The position numbers and the translations under genes are program-made. From NCBI RefSeq assembly GCF_006345805.1, contig NC_042999.1, forward strand, positions 8,246,001-8,310,000: 64,000 bases of DNA, given 5' to 3'. Below the pieces are notes generated by a model, which did no database searches, had not been told where the DNA came from, and was given only the letters and a program-made list of their open reading frames with translations. The DNA is from Octopus sinensis (lineage: Eukaryota). Positions 1 to 13,702 of this stretch are shown in pieces (the stretch's first letter is position 1; each line of letters opens with the position of its first letter).

Positions 1-1056
1 ATTGATAAAGTATTTGGTAACCAGGTGTAAGGCTGGTACTCTGTGGCCAAGTTATTTAACCCACAAGCAACATATAAATGAAGAATGAGAGCAACTGGAT
101 TTAAGAAGAAACAACAACATTGTTAAATAGTTTTGTTGGGTTTGTAGCAAAGCATTTGCTGAGATTTGAACCATCTCATTCAGATTCCCCAGTTTGGGAT
201 CGTGTTCTAACTATATTGTCATAAAAGGAGTCAATGCCTATGTAAGCATGGTTTCATCAATCACATTGACTAGTGTGAAACCAAAGAAGTGGTAAACTTC
301 AAAGTAAGTTTTGTGAATTTTCCTGCAAGATAGTTATGCTGAAGTTTCTAGAAGTTTTGACTGTATGTTATAAAAGTTTAGAATATTGAAGTCAGGAGCA
401 AAACACCTTCAGCTGCTACTCAGACCTCTGTTGGTCAGTGGTGTGACAAGCTGTTCTCACTCTTTCCACTTATTTAATCTTTAATGACCACGAACAATTT
501 TTATATAAGTAATAAAAATATTTTATGCAATTAAGACTTGTAATTGCCATATCCACTCTCCCATGTTTACTGGTTTACTCAAGTAATTGTTGTTGATATA
601 TAAATACAAATGTTCCATATAAGAAAAGAATATGGAAACTTATGCAAATATTAGTCTTGTTATTCTCACCTTGACACACAGCTTGCCTGATATTGTGTAC
701 AAACATCAATGAATTAATGACCTTATATCACTAAAAGTTCAGTTTTGTCAATAGGAATATTCACTGGTGATAGACTAGAATCTCATCCAAGAACAGGATT
801 TTCTCTCACCTGCTTTGTGCCATGGAATCTGGGAATAAAGCACTGACCCACTGGATTGTAGAGGGCTTCAGAACGATATCCAGTTCGTGTGTTTGTGGTA
901 GGGGTAAGATATTGCTTAGTTGGGGCAGGGAAACACAACACCCATAACTTTTAAAGAGAGAAAGAAGCTATGATTTATAGATTTGCTTCAGAGGAAAGAA
1001 CTCAATCAAATACTTCAACCTGATTGGGGTTTACTAAAAGAACCCAAGAGCCTTGT

Positions 1057-1575
1057 CATCATCATCATCATCATCGTTTAACATCCGTTTTCCATGCTGG
1101 CATGGGTTGGACAGTTCGACTGGGGTCTGGGAAGCCAGGAGGCTGTACCAGGCTCCAGTCTGATCTGGCAGTGTTTCTACAGCTGGATGCCCTTCCTAAT
1201 GCCAACCACTCTATGAGTGTAGTGGGTGCTTTTTACGTGCCACCGGCACAGGGACCACGCAAGGCTGGCAACGGCCACTATCGGTTGGTGCTTTTTACGT
1301 GCCACCGGCACGGAAGCCAGTTGAGGTGGCGCTGGCAACAGCCACATTTGGATGGTACTTTTTACCTGCCACCGGCACTGGTATCAACTAAAATTTCCAT
1401 CGATTTTTTGATCGATTTCGATTTCACTTGCCTCAACAGGTCTTCGCAAGCAGAGTTTTGTGTCCCATGGCTACATCCCAGGTAAAGGCCCCGGGTTATG
1501 GTCTCACTTGTCCTGCCGGGTCTTCTCACGCACAGCATATTTCCAAAGGTCTCGGTCACTAGTCATTGCCTTGGG
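1057..1575 (+). mobile_element. Interspersed repeat with a GGATGCCCTTCCTAATGCCAACC motif (RTE-associated SINE-like)
   Basis: Starts in (CAT)n. Fragments recur at about 5495-5530, 6475-6505 and 10905-11045. The RTE link is inference. Confidence 0.55.
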
Positions 1576-2053
1576 GAGACCTAATACTACCTTGTGGTAG
1601 TATTAAGCCAATCAACTGGCACCATCCATATTTCACTCAGAACTTGAGTCATCCAACAAAGATACTTGCTCAAGGTGATGCAAAGAGCGATCAAACAGAG
1701 GATCATGAGAACACTGGGTCATTAGACTGGGAACTTCTTAACCAATTGTCACGACTGATTGGGAGAAGAATGATCAATCTTCTATTTAATCAGGATAGGA
1801 TTGATCTCTTCTCTGTTTGCTTGGGACGTGATTGATTTCTCCTGTGTTTGATGCTATCAACTATGTAGGATTTTTTGAGATTTGGTTAGTGCAAGGGATA
1901 GATAAGGGGACACACGCTTATACTGGCCAGCACATACACATATACCATTGATATGTATATATATATAGATATATAGATATATATATACATGCCCAAATAG
2001 CCATAAACATGCACGTTCATACACACACACATATATATATATACACCACACAC

Positions 2054-2084
<31 letters not shown>

Positions 2085-2249
2085 GATATATATAGATATA
2101 TACATATAAATACGCACATATATATATATATATATATATAATATAATAAGTTCAGCAAAATTTAGATTCAAATGAATATGGTACTTAAGTTAGATGCACC
2201 AGAATTTTGTATGGTGTTATCCATATAAACCCATGGGGTGATTATAATC

Positions 2250-2537
2250 AAAATAAGCAACAGGAATAACTTTGGTAATTTGGTACGATCATTTCACACT
2301 ACATCATTTTATTAAATATTGTAAGTATTACAACAGTTTTACATCTTTGTCTATATATCTACCTTCTCTATAATGTTATCAATTAATATGAAAATTATGT
2401 ATTAATGGAAAACCTCTATAAATGGCTGATGATTGCTCAACATCTTAAAACCGTTGTAATACTTACAATATTTAATAAAATGATGTAGCGTGAAATGATC
2501 GTACCAAATTACCGAAGTTATTCTTGTTGCTTATTTT
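2250..2537. repeat. 91-bp inverted repeat (4 mismatches), ~105-bp spacer
   Basis: 2250-2340 vs 2447-2537. The adjacent family sequence recurs at about 59079-59190. Confidence 0.9.
2423..2506 (+). ncRNA. Degenerate hammerhead-like motif with a long stem II
   Basis: TGG CTGATGA t TGCT...AGCG t GAAA TGATCG TA CCA. The stem II closing pair is mismatched. Confidence 0.4.
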
Positions 2538-2559
2538 GTATATAAATATAATATACATA

Positions 2560-2694
<135 letters not shown>

Positions 2695-2814
2695 AACAAC
2701 ATGTACTCACACACACATGCGTATATATATATATTAAATGTAAATTTAATATATTATTTTCTGGTTTTTCCCTGTTTATAAAGGGAAAGAAAACATATAT
2801 TAGCAACAATAATA

Positions 2815-2825
2815 CGATAATAATA

Positions 2826-2867
<42 letters not shown>

Positions 2868-2985
2868 TTGATAATGATAGTAATAATGATAATGATGATA
2901 ATAATAATAATATTGATAATGATAATAATAATGCTAATGATAATAATAATAATAATCATAATAATAATAATACTAATAATGATAA
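2815..2985. repeat. (AAT)n microsatellite
   Basis: Direct reading. Other trinucleotide tracts lie at 7150-7295, 17712-17780, 38113-38170, 51023-51100 and 51722-51828. Confidence 0.95.
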
Positions 2986-3275
2986 AAACTACATATTAGA
3001 TGGCAGACAACTGTTTGTTTTGAAGAACATCGACCTTAGGAAATAACTAAGAAGTTGGAAAATACGATGCAATTTTATATTTCACATTGAGAGATTGTGT
3101 TTACTTGAGAATAAGTACTTTTCTAAGTGGATCCCTGTACAGACAAAGAATCTTATCGCAAACAGAGGAAATTACAAAACCATTCAGAAGTATGTAGATG
3201 AAATATAGATACGGCAATTGGCATTAGTTTAGAAACAAGAAATCTGTAGACTTGTATTTGTTCTTTATAGGCATA

Positions 3276-3695
3276 GAAGTGGCTGTGTGGTAAGTAGCTT
3301 GCTTACGAACCACATGGTTCCGGGTTCAGTCCCACTGTGTGGCACCTTGGGCAAGTGTCTTCTACTATAGCCTCGGGCCGACCAGAGCCTTGTGAGTGGA
3401 TTTGGTAGACGGAAACTGAAAGAAGCCCGTCGTATATATGTATATATGTATATGTATGTGTATGTGTATATATTTGTGTGTCTGTGTTTGTCCCCCCAAC
3501 ATCGCTTGACAACCGATGCTGGTGTGTTTACGTCCCCGTAACTTAGCGGTTCGGCAAAAGAGACCGATAGAATAAGTACTAGGCTTACAAAGAATAAGTC
3601 CTGGGGTCGATTTGCTCAACTAAAAAAGGGTGGTGCTCCAGCATGGCCACAGTCAAATGACTGAAACAAGTAAAAGAGTAAAAGAGTAAAAGAGT
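3276..3695 (+). mobile_element. tRNA-derived SINE, family A (full length)
   Basis: A-box-like TGGCTGTGTGG, B-box-like GGTTCAGTCCC, internal TA/TG microsatellite, (GTAAAAGA)n tail. More than 10 copies in the window. Confidence 0.9.
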
Positions 3696-4287
3696 AGTTA
3701 TATATTGTTTGCTTTTCTTTACTGCTTTGAGTAGTAATGACGGTATTTGTTGGCCTGTGTCGATGTGTTTGGTTACTAATCCGTTTGGATGGTTTCGTAT
3801 AGCACAGTAAAGATTGGTGAAAATATGTTGGTTTCAAATTTCGGCTCAATGCCAGCAATTTTGAATGATGTGATTTAGTCAGTTACATCGATCTCAGTGT
3901 TCAGGTGGCACTCAAGATGAATTTGAACTCAGAACATTAAGACAGACCAAATGCCACTGAAGTATATTAACCGGTGTGCTAACGATTCTGCCAGCTTGCT
4001 CCCTTACCCTAACACCTTTATATTGCCAGTCCTAAATACTAAATGTAATACAGAGGGAATAAAACATGATTAAGGAAGGGCAAATACACACACTTAAATG
4101 CACGCACACACACACACACACGCACATACACACACACACATGCAAAGCAAGTATTTTGCCCCATTTCTAAGACAAGGACCCAAATTTGTATAATTGGTCT
4201 GACAGATTTTATGTAGCTTGGATTAAAAGAAAAAGTTTTTTTGTGTTTACAATTATAAAATTTTCTTTAGCATTTGTTACACCTGTA

Positions 4288-5376
4288 TACAGTAAATCCC
4301 TCAACTATTGCAGGTATTATGTTCCAAAAACCCCAACAATAGGTGAAAATCTGCAAAGTAGAAACAGTGCTGTATTATATATACTCTTTACTCTTTTACT
4401 CTTTTACTTGTTTCAGTCATTTGACTGTGGCCATGCTGGAGCACTGCCTTTAGTCGAGCAAATCGACCCCGGGACTTATTCTTTGTAAGCCCAGTACTTA
4501 TTCTATCGGTCTCATTTGCCGAACCGCTAAGTGACGGGGACGTAAACACACCAGCATCGGTTGTCAAGCAATGCTAGGGGGACAAACACAGACACACAAA
4601 CACATACATATATATATATACATATATACGACAGGCTTCTTTCAGTTTCCATCTACCAAATCCACTCACAAGGCATTGGTCGGCCCGGGGCTATAGCAGA
4701 AGCCACTTGCCCAAGATGCCACGCAGTGACACTGAACCCAAAACCATGTGGTTGGTTAGCAAGCTACTTACCGCACAGCCACTCCTGCACCTATATATAT
4801 ATTACTCTTTTACTCTTTTACTCTTTTACTTGTTTCAGTCATTTGACTGCGGCCATGCTGGAGCACCGCCTTTAATCGAGTAACTCGATCCCGGGACTTA
4901 TTCTTTTGTAAGCACAGTACTTATTCTGTCGGTCTGTTTTGCCGAACCGCTAAGTAACGGGGACATAAACACACCAGCATCGGTTGTCAAGCAATACTAG
5001 GGGGACAAACACAGACACACACACACTCATATATATATACATATATATAAGATGGGCTTCTTTCAGTTTCCGTCTACCAAATCCACTCACAAGGCTGTGG
5101 TCAGCCCGAGGCTATAGTAGAAGACACTTGCCCAAGGTGCCATGCAGTGGGACTGAACCCGGAACCATGTGGTTGGTAAACAAGCTATTTACCACACAGC
5201 CACTCATTTTTTTTTTTCATAATTTGCATGTATTTCTTTTATTATAAGTGCAAAACAACAGCACAGAGGAATAGACATAAGCTTAAAGGATAAACCACGA
5301 GAGGTGAACAGGGATAGGTAAACCGCAATAGGTGAACCTTAATCCGTGAACCACGATATGGCGAGGGATTACTGTA
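4288..5376. mobile_element. Tigger/pogo-like MITE split by two SINEs
   Basis: Left TA-CAGTAAATCCCTC, right GAGGGATTACTG-TA. The interior is occupied by SINE copies 4383-5205. Confidence 0.65.
4383..5205 (-). mobile_element. Two head-to-tail SINE-A copies (4383-4788, 4803-5205)
   Basis: Reverse complements of 3276-3695. Confidence 0.9.
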
Positions 5377-5631
5377 TTTTTCAGTCAGTCGGTGGGGTAG
5401 CTCTTTCTGTAGTGTTAATTTAGTTGCTAATAAATATACATGTTTGTGTGTGTGTATATGTATGTATATATATATATATATATATATATAAATTTATCAT
5501 CCATGTTCCATATCGACATGGGTTGGTCAGTTCGACAGGTTCTGACATGTTCAACGACAACATCACACACACTCCAATATCTGATTCAGATGAGAAAGTT
5601 TCTGATGGAGTATACATGCACACACAGACAT

Positions 5632-5633
5632 AG

Positions 5634-5687
<54 letters not shown>

Positions 5688-5831
5688 ATATATATAATAT
5701 ATGTATATGTATGTATATATATATATATGTATATGTATATATATGTATATGTATGTATATATATATATGTATATGTATGTATATATATATATATATGTAT
5801 GTATATGTATGTATATATATATATGTATATG

Positions 5832-5894
<63 letters not shown>

Positions 5895-5917
5895 CTGTAT
5901 ATATATATATATATATA

Positions 5918-5954
<37 letters not shown>

Positions 5955-5992
5955 GTATATATCTATATATATATGTGTGTGCGTGTGTGTGT
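5632..5992. repeat. (TA)n/(TATG)n/(TG)n compound microsatellite
   Basis: Direct reading. Similar tracts lie at about 1950-2140, 2545-2695, 18080-18215, 19700-20245, 29520-29703 and 43700-43965. Confidence 0.95.
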
Positions 5993-7477
5993 ATGTATTC
6001 GGTTTCGTGTCGTGAGAGTCGTTTTCTTTTTGTGCCTTATAATATAAAACACTCACTGGTAAAATTTCCACTTATTTCTTATTTTTATTTCCCTAAAATT
6101 TTCGTTGCATCTTGCAACCTTTTCAATGGTCTTGACTCTGTCCATTATTTACACTGCGTTCCCTTTTGTTTGTTTGTGTGCATGTGTGTGGGTCAGTGTG
6201 TGCCTATGCATGCATGCATGTACGTATGTATGTGTGCATGTATGTATGCATGTGTGTATGTATATATGTGTGTGTATGCATATATATATATATGTATGTA
6301 TGTATGTGTGTGCATCTGTATGTATGTATTCTGCGTATTCATGTTCTTGCATGTCTGTGTGTGTGTATTTTCTATGTATGTGTGTGTATGAGCGTGTGTT
6401 TGTAAATGTATGCATACATATACAAACACACGCTCACACACACATAGATGAATACATATTACTGAGGCATTGTTTTTTACAGCTGGATGCCCTTCCTGTC
6501 ACTAATCCTTACTTGTTATTCTAGCAAGGGATTTTTTTATTCACAGCATCTCAGAAAGCAGGACAGAGTTAGGGGTGGATTTGTTGATTGGGAATTAGCC
6601 ACAAATGATGTTAGTTGTAGCCGAGAGTCTTATTCAGGTGAAGTGCAGCACGTGAGCGTCGTTTACTGTTCTATATTTTAGCGATGAGGAATTATGTACA
6701 ATGTTTACAATGGATGGATATTTCTCCTCATCTTATTTGTTGTTTCGGCTGATGTACTCTCCAGCCTTTGTCAGGTGTTCTGGAGGAATTTCCAACCCAA
6801 CCCTCTCTTTGAATACGCAAGAATTTGCTTGAAAGATGAGCTAGTTTCTGATGGAGTATACATGCACATGTAGACACACACAGACATGTGTGGGTATTTG
6901 CATATGTATTTATGTATATACATGTTACTGTAAATAGGTATGTGTGTATATGTATGTATGTATGTATGTATGTATATATATACTCACATACATGTAAATA
7001 TATACGCACACACACAGATATCCATTTGTGCATGCATGTGTGTGTGTGTGTGTGTGTGTCATTTGTGTGTGCTTTATTGTTATCATATAAGTAATGGGAT
7101 TGTAGCTCTTGTAATTGCTGGTCATCAGTACTGTTATTTTTGTTGTTGTTCTTCTTCTCATTTTATTATTATTACTATTATTATTATTACTATTATCATC
7201 ATCATTATTATTATTATTATTATTATTATTGCTATCTTGATCATCGTCGTCGTTGTCGTCATCGTTGTCGTCGTTGTTGTTGTTGCTGTTGTTATTGTTG
7301 CGCAGATGTAGTTTTATTTAATCAATAGCTGTCTTACTAATGAAAGCCAAACTCAAACTGACACTTGGTTCAATAAATCAATTGCTAAGTGGACAACACA
7401 ACAATCCCTGTTCCATTCAGGCGGAGCATTTAGATAACATAACAACCATTAACACTCCGTGTGTGTGTGTGTGTGTG

Positions 7478-7518
<41 letters not shown>

Positions 7519-7710
7519 CAGCAACATTAGGTTAGAGAGTATTTAACATATTTAATTCGAAAATACTTTATCAACTCTGCTTTCTGTCTCTGTCTTTCCG
7601 CCTGTCTGTCTGTCTGTCCCCCTTTCTGTGCCTGTCTGTCTGTCTCTCTCTCTCTGTATCTATTTACCTCTTCACTTGTTTGCATACCTGTCTGTCTGAC
7701 TGTCTCCCTT

Positions 7711-7757
<47 letters not shown>

Positions 7758-8661
7758 GTATCAATTTACCTTTGCACTTGCTTGCATACCTGTCTCTTTT
7801 GCCCTCTGCTTCTTACCACCCTCCTGTCCAATTTGAGCACCGTCTTCCGCGGATACATAGACACACGTATATTCGCATGTGTATACTTGTGTATGTGTGT
7901 ATTCGTATTCCACATCACAGGTGTAAGAGAACAGCAACAGACTATAAGATCAATAGATATTATTGGCTTAAGTTAATTGAAAACGATTAATCAATTACCC
8001 CAATGACACAGAAGCCCAAATTATATCTGAATTTGTTAATCGTTGTGTTTCAAGTCCTGTATTTGGGCCAAAGGTTAAGAAAAAGTTTCTTGATAATTGA
8101 ATATTTTAAAAAAGAACTTTGTGCAATGCAGCTGAGAAGTTAGATGAAATAGGTTGGATAATGCCGAAAAATAAAGCAACAAAGATATTATTTTCTACTC
8201 TAGGCACAAGACCCGAAATTTTGGGGGAGGGAGCCAGTCAATCAGATCGACTCAGTACGCAACTGGTACTTAATTTATCGACCCCGAAAGGATGAAAGGT
8301 AAAGTCGACCTCGGCGGGATTTGAACTCAGAACATAAAGATAGACAAGATATTGTATTACCTTCTTTAGGTTGTTTAACGCTTTTATTTTATTTCGGGAA
8401 AGCTTTCCCTTGTCAAATATAGCACAAATCAATAAGAGTTTGGAGAAAATGTGTTACTATCGGTAGGCCTTGGATCGTTTTTTCTTATTCTTTTACTTGT
8501 TTCAGTCATTTGACTGCGGCTATGCTGGATCACTGCCTTTAGTCGAGAAAATAAACCGCAGGACTTATACTTCGGTTCTATATACAAGTGTCGATAACAA
8601 ATTTAAGAGTTATTATCTAAGTTTGCTTAATAATTTTGTGTTTGTGTTGTCTCTTTTAAAG

Positions 8662-8862
8662 GTGGACAAATTGTGATTCAGTGCCATTCCTCCAAAGACG
8701 GACACCAACCCCCACTTCAACTGATACTTGATTACATTACTGACAATGTTATCGCCAATACATCTGTCTCAGGAATACCATATGTCTCTCCAGACTCTCA
8801 GTATTTGGTCAATGTTAACAAAGACACTGGCCTTATCACTGTTTCGAGAATTTCAGAAGAAG
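8662..8862 (+). CDS. FSTL5: Internal coding exon of a follistatin-like 4/5 gene (C-terminal beta-propeller-like region)
   Basis: Acceptor ctcttttaaag|, donor GAAG|gtaagt, phase 1 to 1. Peptide (G)GQIVIQCHSSKDGHQPPLQLILDYITDNVIANTSVSGIPYVSPDSQYLVNVNKDTGLITVSRISEE matches my recollection of vertebrate FSTL4/5 (GGYFFIQC...QLLVDSVTDSV...GTPHTSPDG). FSTL4 and FSTL5 cannot be distinguished; probably a single invertebrate co-orthologue. Confidence 0.85.
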
Positions 8863-9699
8863 GTAAGTTTTAAAATTTGCATATCTAATCGAGCGTTTAT
8901 CAATATATTTTCACATGGGGATAACCCATTATGCTGATTGGTTACGAAACATGAATATATAGAAGGAAGAATGTTTTAAAAGTGTAAAAGAAATCAAATT
9001 AACTTGTTTCCTTGAATGCGCAATGTCAGTTTGTCTGAAGAAGGGAACACAGGTGAGCTGAGAAGGAAAATGGACCTTACAAGAACGATCTAAGGTGTAA
9101 GAGAGAATATAATGCTTGGATGGAGAGGAGTCTGCAGAAGAGGACGACTAAAGAATATGGAGGAAGAAGAGTTGAATGCTCGACTCTGGATGCTGATCGT
9201 CATAATGGAAATGATGAGGTACCGCATCAAGTGACTGGATGTCTGTGATACTCCGAACCCGTCCTTTCCAATTCTGGTACAGAAAAATAAACTTTAAAAT
9301 GATGATGATGATGCTGATGATGGTGATAATGATTATATTAAGATATTCTTTGAAATAAATGAATAAAGGCGCGAGAAAACGTAAAAGATATAATTTCAGA
9401 AACGAGAGAACTTTAATTTGTTATTGCATGATTGCACATTTCTTGGATAATTTTTTGTTTAACTATGAATACAAAATTTGTTCATTTTGTTGTCTAATTG
9501 TCTGATTCCCACTTATTAATTGGAACTAGCAGCTGGACATAAAATTCCTGTTATTATTATAAAGTTGCAAAGAGTGCTTAGCAGTTCCCATTGCATTTAC
9601 AGTGTATCACTGTTTTCTTGTCAAAAGATTTTTTTAAGGACTTATTTATTTTCCTATCTGCACTCAACCCCCCCTCCCCCAGCAATATTTTCTTGAACA

Positions 9700-10900
9700 T
9701 CTGCAAAATACAGCATGATATTATGATACTTTTCATTCAAGAACACAAGATAGATTATATTTTTTAACAGGGATTTTGCAATTTTAATTATGAGCCACCA
9801 TATTGCGTTATCATCAGTTCTGTTCTTCTTCTTCAAGATACACGTGCACTGGATTTGCACGAGTTGAATTTTATTTTTGTTTCTGAAAGAATTGGTAAAT
9901 TGTGTATGCTGGCTCTTCAAACATATTTTCTGCAATTTCGATATAATTCCTTCATTTCGTACAGTAATTCTCCTGTGGGATATCTGTTACTGAGGTATTA
10001 AAATGTAGTGCTACCGTCGTTGAGGGTTTGGCTTACTTCTCAGTGTGGTCTTTCCCGTGAGATTATAACTAATATTTACAAAACAAGAATTGCTTCATTT
10101 GTTCTTCTTTCTTAAAATCCATTTTGCTTCATTACATTATTATTTTGTACAGCACAATTAGTTATCGCTTTTTCTGCCAGAGGATTGTACAAACATTTCG
10201 CCCTCTTTTGATGTTGATCGTATTTGTTATGGCTATAGATGAAGGCTGACAATTCTTTAGCTATACACACAGCTTTTGTTTGACATTCTGTGAGAACAAT
10301 ACTTACCAGTATATCTAAAAATAAAGATTGTACTTCGATTAATTAACATCTTTGCAGTAATTTCTACTCTTGTACGGGCAATAGCAGTAGTTATGATGTG
10401 AAATCGCTAACCTGTCATCTCTATGCAACCCTCTATCAAAATAGTTGCATGTCTTTCCAAGTTCTGTGTATAACAAAGTATCAACCAATTCATACTTTGA
10501 TGCCACTGTACCTGTCAATGCTGTCAACCAATCTGTAGTTGGGAATCAAACGTCTTAATCACATAGCCATGCATGCAAACATAATGAGAATAAAAAACAT
10601 CATTAAGCCATTAGTGTTAATGAATTTCCTTTTTAAAACAGGTCGAATTTTAATTGGACTCACTTTAATTATGCGAGCTCCGCTTAACTTCATGCAAAAG
10701 ATGTCCTTAGGAAATGCATTCGTTGTAATGGCATCGAATGCATCGTCAATATTTTCTGCACAAAAGAATGTGTCTGCAAGACCAAGAAAATCTTCTGATC
10801 CTATATTATAAATGGTGGGATCTTTTAAAACTGAATTAGGAGAAAGAGGTGTTATGGGATTACTGAGTAACATGTAAATACCCATCTGCCATGATCTGGA
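9700..10900 (-). pseudogene. Heavily decayed Penelope-like element (RT + GIY-YIG remnants) in an FSTL intron
   Basis: Broken frames give DDAFDAIT, EKAITN...MKQNGF, SQHTQFTNSFRNKNKI and WWLIIKIAKS...FLNEKYHNIM, resembling the PLE endonuclease C-terminus (CNLCLNEKYHI). Recognised by eye only. Confidence 0.55.
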
Positions 10901-11382
10901 CCGTTTCGACGAGTCCAAAGACTGCTTCAGGCTTTATTGTCTACTTCGGAATGGTTTCTGTAACTGGATGTCCTTCCTAATGCCAACCACTTTACACAGA
11001 GAGTACTGAGTGCTTTTTTGCGGCACCAGCACTAATTAGATCGCCATGCAGCTTGGGAGGTTCTGTTATAGCCCCTACTCAACCGAATCTGAGTGGAACT
11101 ACCATAAAGGTGGTTCTATGCTAGGACATGAAAGGTTAAAGTGTGATAGCAGGAGCTAAGCAGAACGAGTTTCTTGCTGTAGAGGTGTGCTACGTGGGTA
11201 CTATATTATAGAAGAGAATGTAAGAGTGACCGGGATGAAGGTAGGAAGAAAAATAAAAGAGTGGGACTGAGGTGTCAGAGTGGAGCCTCGAGTTACGAAG
11301 TAAATAGGAATGAATATGGAGAGGAGAACCGAAGTGTGCGTTGGTTACAAGACTGAGTTTCTGCGTGGCACTCTGTCATTTT

Positions 11383-12159
11383 TTAACCTTTTAGCATTCA
11401 GATTCCTCTGTCAAATCTAATAATAATTTATTCACATTGTTTTATATTAAACATGCATTATTTGTAAGCTCCATTTTCCTTCTCAGCTCACCTATGTTCC
11501 CTTCTTCAGACAAACTGACATTGCGCATTCAATGAAACAAGTTAATTTGATTTCTTTTACACATTTAAACATTCTTCCTACTATACAGGAGTGGCTGTGT
11601 GGTAAGTAGCTTGCTAACCAACCACATGGTTGCGGGTTCAGTCTCACTGCGTGGCATCTTGGGCAAGTGTCTTCTGCTATAGCCCCGGGCCGTCCAATGC
11701 CTTGTGAGTGGGTTTGGTAGACAGAAACTGAAAGAAGCCTGTCGTATATATGTATATATATATGTGTGTGTGTGTGTATGTGTGTTTGTGTGTCTGTGTT
11801 TGTTCCCCTAGCATTGCTTGACAACCGATGCTGGTGTGTTTACGTCCCCGTAACTTAGCGGTTCGGCAAAAGAGACCGGTAGAATAAGTACTGGGTTTAC
11901 AAATATTAAGTCCCGGGGTCGATTTGATCGACTAAAGGTGGTGCTCCAGCATGGCCGCAGTCAAATGACTGAAACATGTAAAAGAGTAAAGAGTAAAGAG
12001 TAATATGTTCATGTTTCATAACCAATCAGCATAATGGTTTATCCCCATGGGAAAATGACATAGTAGGGTAGGTGTGACAGGCCAGATCTGACCAATTTGA
12101 ATATACAATAGATAAAATATCTGGGCGTGAGATGGCCGGTTTAAATACTAAAGGGTTAA
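11383..12159. mobile_element. piggyBac-like MITE (TTAA ends) with a nested SINE
   Basis: TTAA-CCTTTTAGCATT ... AATACTAAAGGG-TTAA. SINE-A inserted at 11586-12002. Confidence 0.7.
11586..12002 (+). mobile_element. SINE-A
   Basis: Full-length match to 3276-3695. Confidence 0.9.
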
Positions 12160-12755
12160 AATTTAAAACGATGTTGTCAAGGATGCCCTCACTTGCTATT
12201 CACTCTCTCTGTAGAATTTACGAAATTATGCTTTCCTTTTTCTTTGAAATGTTTCAAGTTTGCATTATTCCGTTATCTTTGTTTCAATGAGTGTCTACCG
12301 TTTGCACATTCTTTGTCAATCTTGTAGCATTTACGAGGCTATAAATTTTTCACATTCTATCTTTTAGATGTAGGTTTTTAGTTTTGTCACCAAGTATGAG
12401 AATACGATTGGAATTTCTATAAGAATCCCATAACAGGCTTTATGAGAAATATTTCTAAATTCTACATCATTATAAAAGAGTCAGTTCCAAGTGCTTCCAA
12501 TTTTGGGACAGCACACATAGACGTAGTTTCATGCATAAATATATTCCATTCTTTTAGAGGTTCCAATCCTTGGGAAACCTTTTTCTAAATTCGCCGTTGA
12601 TGATATCGATATCAATCGAGTGTCTGGTATTGTTTTAATGAGTTTATATGGTGGAGTGGTAAAGTCCTCCTTGGAATAAAGAGACATTAATAGAAAGCAA
12701 CCAAATAAAACGGGACTAATGCAATTCCATAATATACAACAATACAATATGCAAT

Positions 12756-12800
<45 letters not shown>

Positions 12801-12802
<2 letters not shown>

Positions 12803-13106
12803 CATCAGAGTTCGAACCTGTTCCCAAGGCTTTGAGTATATCTTCAATGTGGTGTAAGAGCTGTGTTAGACAGTCCCTGCCACAGCGAAAGCCATGCTGA
12901 TTTGCATTTAGGAGTTTGTGGGTCTCCAGGAAGTCAGCTATCCTTGATCTTAACACTCTTTCAAACACTTTAATGATGTGGGAGGTGAGTGAGATTGGGC
13001 GATAGTTGAGTGCGAGGGATCTGTTTCCCTGTTTGAAAACCGAGATGACAGACTGGGATAGAAGCTGTTTCGGTATATAACCTGAGTCTAACGAATTTCT
13101 CCAGAG
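12801..13106 (-). pseudogene. Inverted RT fragment (domains 0-3) of a CR1/L2-type LINE
   Basis: LWRNSLDSG...NYRPISLTSHIIKVFERV...NQHGFR.GR.CLTQLL...DVIY, then runs into (TA)n. Confidence 0.88.
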
Positions 13107-13120
13107 GTTAGACTCACAGG

Positions 13121-13511
13121 CAATATTTGGCATCGAGAGTTACACAAATACTAAAACTGGGCGCCACTGCATAGTGCCAAGGACTCCAAATTTGCCATCA
13201 AGATGTAGGACAAGATACTGTGATAGCCTGGGCTTCAGAGGTCAACAGCTCTTCAATATCCTCCCGAAGACCCTGAGAGACCTGCATGGGGTGGATGCAG
13301 ATGTTTTTAAAATGAAACTGGATCTCATCTTGTCAGGTGTCCCAGATGAACCAACTTCACAGCAGGAGGTGCAGATGAGGGCAGCTGCATCGAACTCTCT
13401 TATGCACCAAATGGCAATTGTTAAAAAGCATTCGTGAAGTAAAATCATGTAGCAACACTGAATGGCGGTGCCCCAGCATGGCCACAGCTCGTGAGCTGAA
13501 ACTAGATAAAA
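13121..13511 (+). mobile_element. 3' end (ORF2 C-terminus + 3' UTR) of a CR1/L2-type LINE
   Basis: FGIESYTNTKTGRHCIVP...SLGFRGQQLFNILPK.LRDL...FKMKLD...VPDEP...RAAASNSL*, a typical C-terminus of invertebrate CR1-group ORF2, followed by a short 3' UTR. Confidence 0.8.
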
Positions 13512-13633
13512 TATACAAATATATATATATAAATATCTTTAAAGGTTAAATTTATCAACAACTTATAAATAAGGGCAAACGAAAAAATTTCTAATGCCAA
13601 ATATGCCGAAATTGGACATATTGTCCATAACCA

Positions 13634-13702
13634 GGGCATATCTGAGAGGGCCATTATGAAGAGTAGTGGTCCCAAAACAGTGCCTTGCGGAACACCGCTC
13701 AC
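13634..13702 (-). pseudogene. Captured 69-bp LINE RT domain-4 fragment
   Basis: VSGVPQGTVLGPLLFIMALSDMP matches the GVPQGSVLGPLLF motif. Confidence 0.85.

Noticed and set aside
1582-1605. Perfect 10-bp hairpin TAATACTACC-TTGT-GGTAGTATTA
   Set aside because: Short and AT-rich, with no CTRR end or other context. Plausible by chance.
10559-10918. 119-aa ORF with a hydrophobic end, possibly a nested receptor gene
   Set aside because: Neighbouring frames are full of stops, and the region is better explained as a decayed Penelope-like element.
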